DNA of 64,000 nt from the NCBI GenBank assembly GCA_047947115.1, contig CP170459.1, positions 5,760,001 to 5,824,000 of the forward strand, in the 5' to 3' direction. Below the pieces are notes generated by a model that had not been told where the DNA came from, did not search any database, and saw only the letters and a program-made list of their open reading frames with translations. Shown in pieces: positions 57,524-64,000 of the stretch. The stretch is from Verrucomicrobiota bacterium (GTDB taxonomy: Bacteria > Verrucomicrobiota > Verrucomicrobiia > Limisphaerales > AAA164-E04). The position numbers and the translations under genes were made by a program. The stretch's first letter is position 1; the number at the start of each line of letters is the position of its first letter.

Positions 57524-58186
57524 TTATACTGCTTCTGTTGTTTCTGCAGGAGCCGCTTCAACGGCAGCAGCTGCCGAAGGACGGATTTCCATTCCGCGTT
57601 TTGCGTAAATATCTTTCTTCAGTTTGAGTTGGCACAAAGCCTGAAGAGTTGCTTTGGCCACATTTGCTGCGTTTTTGGAACCAAGTGACTTGGACAACAC
57701 ATTGGAAACGCCAGCTGCATCGAGAACGGAACGAACAACCTTGCCGGCGATGACTCCGGTTCCCTGACAGGCAGGTTTTAAAAGGATGTTGGCACCATCA
57801 AAGACCGAGTTCACTTCATGTGGGATGGTGTCGTTGCGAAGTGAAACACTTACCATCTGTGTCCGTGCGTTGTCGCTTCCCTTTTTGATAGCGCTGGCAA
57901 CTTCACTTGCTTTGCCGAATCCTAGTCCGACCTTACCTTCACGATCTCCAACAACGACCAGCGCGCTGAAGTTAAAGCGTCGTCCACCTTTGACAACCTT
58001 TGATGACCGGTTGATGTAGATGACCTTTTCAAATAATTCCGGCCCTTTGTCTTCACCACCCGAACGGTCCTGATTGTCCCGGCCCCGGCCCCGTCGTTGG
58101 TTGCCACGTCCGTTTCCGCCACGACCACCGAATCCACGTGAATAACCGGAATTCTGATTTTGATTTTGATTTTGATTTTCAGCCAC
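57524..58186 (-). CDS. rpsE: 30S ribosomal protein S5
   Basis: KVVKGGRRFNFSALVVVGD, GTGVIAG. Confidence 0.97.
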   Translation of the reverse strand: MAENQNQNQNQNSGYSRGFGGRGGNGRGNQRRGRGRDNQDRSGGEDKGPELFEKVIYINRSSKVVKGGRRFNFSALVVVGDREGKVGLGFGKASEVASAIKKGSDNARTQMVSVSLRNDTIPHEVNSVFDGANILLKPACQGTGVIAGKVVRSVLDAAGVSNVLSKSLGSKNAANVAKATLQALCQLKLKKDIYAKRGMEIRPSAAAAVEAAPAETTEAV

Positions 58187-58221
58187 GATGACTCTCCTAT
58201 GATATTAAAATGCTGTCTGTA

Positions 58222-58587
58222 TTAGAAAACGAGGCCACCTTCGCGTGCCGCATCGGCCAGGGCTTTCACTTTCCCGTGGTACTTGGCTCCACTGCGATCG
58301 AAGACAACTTTCTCAATTCCTGCTGATTTGGCGCATTCAGCAGCCTGGGCACCGATTTTTTCAGCACTGGCGACATTCGCTTTCATGCTCTCCCTGCCTT
58401 CTACAGATTTGTGCAAAGTGGAGACGGAAGCCAATGTGTGTCCTCTGGAATCGTCGATAAATTGGACGTAGATGTTTTTACCGGTAAACCGAACACTCAT
58501 ACGCGGACGCTCTCCGGTACCAACGACTTTCTTGCGCGTGCGCCAACGGCGCTTCTGAACCTTTACTATATGGGAATTTGTTTTCAT
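58222..58587 (-). CDS. rplR: 50S ribosomal protein L18
   Basis: RPRMSV, VFDRSG..YHGKV.ALADAARE.GL. Confidence 0.97.
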   Translation of the reverse strand: MKTNSHIVKVQKRRWRTRKKVVGTGERPRMSVRFTGKNIYVQFIDDSRGHTLASVSTLHKSVEGRESMKANVASAEKIGAQAAECAKSAGIEKVVFDRSGAKYHGKVKALADAAREGGLVF

Positions 58588-58634
58588 GGATGTATTGAAC
58601 ACGGATTTTGCCGTGGACGATCTGCCAATTAAAA

Positions 58635-59174
58635 TTACTGGACGGTCTTACCTTCCTTGCGTTTGACCTGTTCGTCGCTGTAGCGCACTCCCTTGCCTTT
58701 ATAGGGCTCCGGAGGATAAAAACTACGAAGCTCGGCGGCTACACGACCCACAACTTGTTTGTCTGGGCCTTCTATTTTAACCTTTGTACCGCCCTCTTCG
58801 ATGGTGATTTGTATAGCACTTGGCACAGGATATTTGATCTCGTGGGAGTACCCGAGATTAAGTGTGATTTCATTGTTGGCCAAAGCGGCCTTGAAACCTA
58901 CTCCTTGAATTTCAAGCTGCTTAACAAAGCCGGTGCTGACACCTGTGACCATGTTTTGTATCAAAGACCTGGTCAAACCATGCTGTGACTTCGACTCTTT
59001 ATCGTCCTTCGCTCTGGTGACGACGACCTGGTTTTCATTGACGGAAACCGATGCGAGTGAAGGGAAGTCCCAAGACAGCTTGCCCTTTGGGCCTTCAACA
59101 TCAATGTGTCTGTCTGTGACGTTAACTTTTACCTTTTCAGGAATATCGACTGGAATTTTACCTATGCGTGACAT
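58635..59174 (-). CDS. rplF: 50S ribosomal protein L6
   Basis: MSRIGK, PEPYKGKGVRY. Confidence 0.98.
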   Translation of the reverse strand: MSRIGKIPVDIPEKVKVNVTDRHIDVEGPKGKLSWDFPSLASVSVNENQVVVTRAKDDKESKSQHGLTRSLIQNMVTGVSTGFVKQLEIQGVGFKAALANNEITLNLGYSHEIKYPVPSAIQITIEEGGTKVKIEGPDKQVVGRVAAELRSFYPPEPYKGKGVRYSDEQVKRKEGKTVQ

Positions 59175-59195
59175 GTGTCTGTATCCTTAAATTAT

Positions 59196-59579
59196 TTACC
59201 AAATGTAGCACAACAGCTCGCCACCGATATTGTTTCTACGGGCCTTGGTACCTGTCATGAGGCCTTGTGATGTTGAGACGATGGCAATTCCCATTCCGCC
59301 CAAAACTTTGGGAATGTTAGTGGCACCCACATAGCGTCTCAATCCGGGCTTGCTGACCTTTTTCAGGCCGGCAAACACGCCATTACGTCCATTGAACTTG
59401 AGTTCTATTTCAAGTTTTTTAATCGTGTCTCCGCTCACTTTATACCCGGAGATATACCCTTCAGCTTTAAGGATATCGGCAATATTTTCTTTGACTTTCG
59501 AATGGCGCATTTCCACCTTCGGCAACAAAGCCGAATTGGCATTACGCAAAATAGTCAACATGTCGGCAATAGGATCCAT
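59196..59579 (-). CDS. rpsH: 30S ribosomal protein S8
   Basis: DPIADMLT, SKPGLRRY, STSQG, GGE. Confidence 0.98.
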   Translation of the reverse strand: MDPIADMLTILRNANSALLPKVEMRHSKVKENIADILKAEGYISGYKVSGDTIKKLEIELKFNGRNGVFAGLKKVSKPGLRRYVGATNIPKVLGGMGIAIVSTSQGLMTGTKARRNNIGGELLCYIW

Positions 59580-59599
59580 AAATCTATCAAACTTTCGGT

Positions 59600-59869
59600 T
59601 TACCAGCTGGCCTTGGTGACGCCTGGGATCAATCCGTGCAGGGCCATTTCGCGGAATGTGAGACGTGAGACGCCAAACTTGCGGAAATAGCCATGACGAC
59701 GACCACTGATCTTACAACGATTTACAACGCGAGTAGGACTCGCGTTACGGGGTAGTTGAGACAATCCTTCGTAGTCTCTTTTTGCACGTAGTTCGGCGCG
59801 CAATTCAGCATATTTGTCAACAGTTTGCTGCTTTTTCTTGTTTCGTTCTTTCCAAGCGGATTTTGCCAT
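59600..59869 (-). CDS. rpsN: 30S ribosomal protein S14 (89 aa, Zn-ribbon-less form)
   Basis: LPRNASP.R..NRC..SGR, PGV.KASW. Confidence 0.97.
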   Translation of the reverse strand: MAKSAWKERNKKKQQTVDKYAELRAELRAKRDYEGLSQLPRNASPTRVVNRCKISGRRHGYFRKFGVSRLTFREMALHGLIPGVTKASW

Positions 59870-59899
59870 AGGTCTTTGTCGTGTTAAATGCTGTGTAAA

Positions 59900-60439
59900 T
59901 TACTTGGTAAAAGGCATGCCCATCATGGTCAACAATTCATGGGCGTCCTTGTCGTTGGCCGCAGTCGTCACAATGGTGATGTCCATACCTTGTTGACGTT
60001 TGACTTTGTCCAATTCAATTTCAGGAAAAATACTCTGGTCATTAATTCCGAGTGAGTAGTTACCACGACCGTCAAAGGATCTTTTTGGGATACCACGGAA
60101 GTCGCGAATACGAGGCAATGCGGTGGTTACCAGTCGGTCAAAGAATTCCCACATGACATCTCGGCGAAGGGTAACTTTGCAGCCAATGGCTTGTCCTGCG
60201 CGCAATTTGAAATTAGAAACACTTTTACGTGCCAGACAGGTCACGGGTTTGCGCCCGGTAATGGTGGTCAGGTCGGCCGCAGCATGTTCCAGAGCACCTT
60301 TTTCCATCATTCCACTCACTCCCATATTAATGACGATCTTGGAGATGCCAGGCACCTGGTGGATGTTCTTGAACTTACCGTCGCCAATTAATTTCGGACG
60401 GACATCATTAAGGTATTTTTCGTAAAGTCTTGGTTTCAT
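59900..60439 (-). CDS. rplE: 50S ribosomal protein L5
   Basis: KIVINMG, LPRIRDFRG, FDGRGNY. Confidence 0.98.
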   Translation of the reverse strand: MKPRLYEKYLNDVRPKLIGDGKFKNIHQVPGISKIVINMGVSGMMEKGALEHAAADLTTITGRKPVTCLARKSVSNFKLRAGQAIGCKVTLRRDVMWEFFDRLVTTALPRIRDFRGIPKRSFDGRGNYSLGINDQSIFPEIELDKVKRQQGMDITIVTTAANDKDAHELLTMMGMPFTK

Positions 60440-60467
60440 AGGACCAGTATATCAGCAATGAAAAAGA

Positions 60468-60725
60468 TTAAGCATTGGCGCGTTTGGCATCGAAACGATC
60501 GGCTTTCATCACATTCGAAATGTGGATGGAGCCTTCGCGCTCCAGAATAGCCCCTTCGGGGTGTTGCTGGTTGCGGCGAACATGCTTCTTGATGATGTTG
60601 ATGCCTTCCACAATGACGCGCTCCTTCTTGGGCACTACCTGGATGATCTTTCCGCGCTTACCTTTTTCGGTTCCTGCGATGACGACAACCTCGTCGCCAC
60701 GTTTGACATGAAATTTAGTGGGCAT
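60468..60725 (-). CDS. rplX: 50S ribosomal protein L24 (short form)
   Basis: KRGDEVVVIAG.EKGK.G, IHISNV. Confidence 0.96.
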   Translation of the reverse strand: MPTKFHVKRGDEVVVIAGTEKGKRGKIIQVVPKKERVIVEGINIIKKHVRRNQQHPEGAILEREGSIHISNVMKADRFDAKRANA

Positions 60726-60730
60726 GGTGT

Positions 60731-61096
60731 TTAAATGACTTCAGGGGCCAGGGAAACAATTTTCATGAAACGTTTCTCACGCAACTCGCGGGCAACAGGA
60801 CCGAAGATGCGCGTGCCTTTAGGGTTTTTATCTTTATCAATGATGACCACGGCGTTCGAATCAAAGCGAAGGACAGATCCGTCCGCGCGATGAATAGCCT
60901 TTTTGGTACGGACCACGACAGCATTGACGACATCACCTTTTTTAACGGATCCATCGGGCGACGCCTCCTTGATATGCACTTTAAGGACATCTCCAATCTT
61001 GGCGTAACGCTGAGTTTTACCAAGTGCGGCGATCGCGGAGGCCTTTTTTGCGCCAGTGTTATCGGCGACATTTAAAATTGAGCGTAATTGTAACAT
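60731..61096 (-). CDS. rplN: 50S ribosomal protein L14
   Basis: [26 protein letters not shown]. Confidence 0.98.
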   Translation of the reverse strand: MLQLRSILNVADNTGAKKASAIAALGKTQRYAKIGDVLKVHIKEASPDGSVKKGDVVNAVVVRTKKAIHRADGSVLRFDSNAVVIIDKDKNPKGTRIFGPVARELREKRFMKIVSLAPEVI

Positions 61097-61116
61097 AAAT
61101 GTATGATTGCAGTGTG

Positions 61117-61389
61117 TCAGGCTTCAGCTTTATGCGTCACTTCCACCAGGCGCCAGCATTTGTTTTTGGACAAAGGCCGTGTTTCCTGGATGCGTACATG
61201 ATCTCCGATTTTCGCTTCGCTTCGTTCGTCATGAACATAGCATTTGCTGAAAACAGTAATGATCTTCTTAAACCGGGCGTGTCGAATGCGACGACGAACT
61301 CGCACGACGACGGTCTTGTTCATTTTGTCGGAAATTACTTCTCCGATGCGCAACTTGCGATGCCCGCGTTGATTGTTCTCTTCAGACAT
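61117..61389 (-). CDS. rpsQ: 30S ribosomal protein S17
   Basis: [19 protein letters not shown]. Confidence 0.97.
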   Translation of the reverse strand: MSEENNQRGHRKLRIGEVISDKMNKTVVVRVRRRIRHARFKKIITVFSKCYVHDERSEAKIGDHVRIQETRPLSKNKCWRLVEVTHKAEA

Positions 61390-61401
61390 GTGTTTATAAA
61401 T

Positions 61402-61611
61402 TTATTGTTGTGCTTCTTGTCGGCGCAGGACAGACAGTTGGGTTTCTACTCTGGCAATTCCGCGACGCAGATCTCGCAGACGTGATGGTTTCTCCAACTG
61501 ACTGCTGGCTTTCTGCAACTTCAAATTGAAAAGTTCCTGTCTCAATTCATGGGATTTGGCCAGCAACTCAGGCTTGGACAATTCGACAACTTCTGAAAAT
61601 TTAACCGCCAT
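61402..61611 (-). CDS. rpmC: 50S ribosomal protein L29
   Basis: ELFNLK.Q, LRR.IARV.T; synteny. Confidence 0.95.
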   Translation of the reverse strand: MAVKFSEVVELSKPELLAKSHELRQELFNLKLQKASSQLEKPSRLRDLRRGIARVETQLSVLRRQEAQQ

Positions 61612-61620
61612 ATAATTGTT

Positions 61621-62034
61621 CTATCTATGTCTTGAGATGAATTTTGTGCGAATAGGAAGTTTGGCAGCAGCCAAACGAAAAGATTCGCGTGCGACATTTT
61701 CCGGTACACCATCCACTTCGAAAAGGATGTTGGCCGGCCGGATTACAGCCACCCAACCTTCGAGAGGTCCCTTACCTTTACCCATACGAACTTCGAGAGG
61801 TTTCTTGGTATAGGATTTGTCAGGAAATATACGGATCCAAACTTTTCCTCTTCTTTTCATGTTACGGGTGATGGCAACACGTGCGGCCTCAATCTGTTTG
61901 TTGTCAAGCCAGCAACGCTCAAGGGCCTGCAGACCGTATTCACCGAATGAAACGGTCGCCCCTCGTCGTGCCAATCCGGCACGATTGCCGCGATGCATGC
62001 GCCGATACTTAACCCTGGATGGCATCAATGGCAT
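61621..62034 (-). CDS. rplP: 50S ribosomal protein L16
   Basis: QIEAAR, WIRIFPD, RMGKGKG. Confidence 0.98.
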   Translation of the reverse strand: MPLMPSRVKYRRMHRGNRAGLARRGATVSFGEYGLQALERCWLDNKQIEAARVAITRNMKRRGKVWIRIFPDKSYTKKPLEVRMGKGKGPLEGWVAVIRPANILFEVDGVPENVARESFRLAAAKLPIRTKFISRHR

Positions 62035-62073
62035 AATTCAATCTTTCTTATTTCTTTTGTTGAAATTTTGTTG

Positions 62074-62739
62074 TTAAACCTTCTCGGCATAAGCGTTACG
62101 ATCTGCTTTTTCCACTTTGATGTCGCCCTTACAGATCCAGCATTTCACGCCGAGCACTCCATATAGAGTTTTCGCTTCAGCAAATCCATAATCGATGTTT
62201 GCTCTCAAAGTGTGCAATGGAACTCGACCCTGATTGTAGGATTCTACTCGAGCCAATTCAGCTCCCCCCAAACGACCTGCACAACGGATACGAATGCCGT
62301 CTGCACCGAAATCCATGGTTGTTTGAATGGCTTTTTTCATGGCGCGGCGAAATGAAACACGGCGTTCCAATTGAAGAGCAATGTTTTCAGCAACCAACTG
62401 AGCATCGAGTTCGGGAGTTTTAACCTCCTGAATGTCCACGTAAACTTCCTTGCCGGTCATTAAACTCAGTTCCTCTTTGATCTTGTCGATCTCGGCACCT
62501 TTGCGACCGATGACAACACCAGGACGAGCTGTGTGGATGGTAACGCGGCAACGCGTAGCAGCGCGTTCAATTTGAATGCGTGGCACGGCCGCAGCTTCGA
62601 GCTTCTTCTTTAAAATGGCCCGAATTTGATAGTCCTCCGCCAGCAGATTGCCGAAATTCTTTTTGTCGGAGAACCACTTGGATCGCCAGTCACGATTGAG
62701 GGCGATTCTTAAACCGATTGGATTGGTCTTTTGTCCCAT
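62074..62739 (-). CDS. rpsC: 30S ribosomal protein S3
   Basis: [30 protein letters not shown]. Confidence 0.98.
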   Translation of the reverse strand: MGQKTNPIGLRIALNRDWRSKWFSDKKNFGNLLAEDYQIRAILKKKLEAAAVPRIQIERAATRCRVTIHTARPGVVIGRKGAEIDKIKEELSLMTGKEVYVDIQEVKTPELDAQLVAENIALQLERRVSFRRAMKKAIQTTMDFGADGIRIRCAGRLGGAELARVESYNQGRVPLHTLRANIDYGFAEAKTLYGVLGVKCWICKGDIKVEKADRNAYAEKV

Positions 62740-62748
62740 ATGATTTGC

Positions 62749-63084
62749 TTAGCTGAGATCGGAAACTACAATTTTTACGTGGCAGGTACGTTTCAGGATG
62801 GGTCCTGCAGAACCGCGTGCTTTAGGTATGAAACGCTTCATCATCGGCCCTTGTCCTGCTACGGCCATCTTGACGACCAAAGATTCGGGGCTGGCGTTGT
62901 TGTTGTGTTCGGCATTGGCAATGGCGCTTTTTAACGTTTTGGCGACAACACGTGCTGATTTACGCGGCACGGCTCCTAAAACGGCAACAGCCTGCAATGC
63001 ATTCATACCCTGGATCTGGCGCACCACCTCACGCATTTTCTGCGCGGACATGCGGACATTTTTTGTAATGGCTTGTACTTCCAT
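62749..63084 (-). CDS. rplV: 50S ribosomal protein L22
   Basis: SAIANAEHN, KRF.PKARG. Confidence 0.97.
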   Translation of the reverse strand: MEVQAITKNVRMSAQKMREVVRQIQGMNALQAVAVLGAVPRKSARVVAKTLKSAIANAEHNNNASPESLVVKMAVAGQGPMMKRFIPKARGSAGPILKRTCHVKIVVSDLS

Positions 63085-63088
63085 ACGA

Positions 63089-63367
63089 TTACTTGGTCAC
63101 TTTTGCAGTGTGAGCTCCATGACCCTTAAAGGTGCGTGTAGGTGCAAACTCTCCGAGCTTGTGTCCTACCATATTTTCTGTGACAAACAGTGTGACGAAT
63201 GTCTTTCCGTTATGAATGTTGATGGTATGCCCCACGAAATCCGGGGTGATGGTCGATCTGCGTGACCATGTCTTAATCGGGCGCTTTTTATCCGCCTCAT
63301 TCATCTTATCGACTTTCTTCTGGAGACTGCCGTCGACGTAGAATCCCTTTTTGATTGAACGTGCCAT
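63089..63367 (-). CDS. rpsS: 30S ribosomal protein S19
   Basis: [20 protein letters not shown]. Confidence 0.98.
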   Translation of the reverse strand: MARSIKKGFYVDGSLQKKVDKMNEADKKRPIKTWSRRSTITPDFVGHTINIHNGKTFVTLFVTENMVGHKLGEFAPTRTFKGHGAHTAKVTK

Positions 63368-63377
63368 AGGTCAAAAA

Positions 63378-64000
63378 TTACTTAAGCTTGTTTGGACGAC
63401 CATCGCGGCGTACCAAGATAAATTTGTTGGATGTTTTGTGCTTGTGACGTGTCTTGTATCCCTTGGCCAGCAGGCCCCATGGAGAAACAAGGTGCTGACG
63501 ACCACCACCGCCCTTGGATTTTCCGTTACCACCACCATTTGGGTGATCAACAGGGTTTCGGCAAGAACCACGAGTCAAGGGACGACGTCCGCGATGGCGG
63601 TTTCTACCGGCTGTTCCGATGATGATATTTTCGTGTTCGGTATTACCCACCTGACCGACTGTCGCCTGACATTTGCAGTGGATACGACGAATTTCACCGG
63701 ACGGCATCTTAATCTGTGCATATTCCCCGTCTCGCGACATCAATGTTGCGAAACTACCTGCGGTACGAGCAATCTGGCCACCACGACCAGGTGTCAATTC
63801 AATACTGTGAATTGTTGAACCGACCGGGATATTCGCCAAAGGCATGGCATTGCCGACCTCTGCAGGTGCTTCAGGGCCACTCTGAACCTTGGCTCCTACT
63901 TCAAGACCAACCGGTGCCACAATGTATCGCTTTTCGCCGTCCGAATACTGCAGGAGAGCCAAACGTGCTGAACGCATGGGATCGTATTCCAACGCGATTA
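63378..64000 (-). CDS. rplB: 50S ribosomal protein L2, 5' truncated by window
   Basis: EYDP.RSA, NPVDHP.GGG, SPWG. Confidence 0.97.
   Translation of the reverse strand, partial: IALEYDPMRSARLALLQYSDGEKRYIVAPVGLEVGAKVQSGPEAPAEVGNAMPLANIPVGSTIHSIELTPGRGGQIARTAGSFATLMSRDGEYAQIKMPSGEIRRIHCKCQATVGQVGNTEHENIIIGTAGRNRHRGRRPLTRGSCRNPVDHPNGGGNGKSKGGGGRQHLVSPWGLLAKGYKTRHKHKTSNKFILVRRDGRPNKLK

Overview
Bacterial chromosomal segment, most likely a Verrucomicrobiota member (Pedosphaerales/Limisphaerales-like). This is inferred from the Amuc_1098-1101-type secretin operon, the DUF1549/1553-DUF1501 module, an H-X9-DG prepilin and an spc operon without rpmD/adk. Left to right: (1) 1-11.6 kb nitrate uptake and assimilation operon (nrtABCD, DmsB-DmsC-like fusion, Mo nitrate reductase, CysJ-like diflavin reductase, NirA). 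(2) A blaI/blaR1-type pair hit twice, by a frameshift in blaI and a 1,483-bp IS with TTAA duplication in blaR1. (3) Two unknown envelope genes, nanA, a PVC cytochrome c/DUF1501/WD40 module, tRNA-Asp and a candidate ~80-nt sRNA with an anti-Shine-Dalgarno loop. (4) A ~23-kb co-directional minus-strand block: glycosylation genes, exosortase/EpsI, pilMN-pilO-like-secretin genes and four large exported proteins, three of which share a C-terminal domain (candidate secretion/sorting system). (5) tRNA(CAT), a PQQ/heme dehydrogenase and a prepilin-like gene. (6) The S10-spc-alpha ribosomal cluster with a strongly diverged infA. All calls are by eye from motifs and synteny; no database searches were run.
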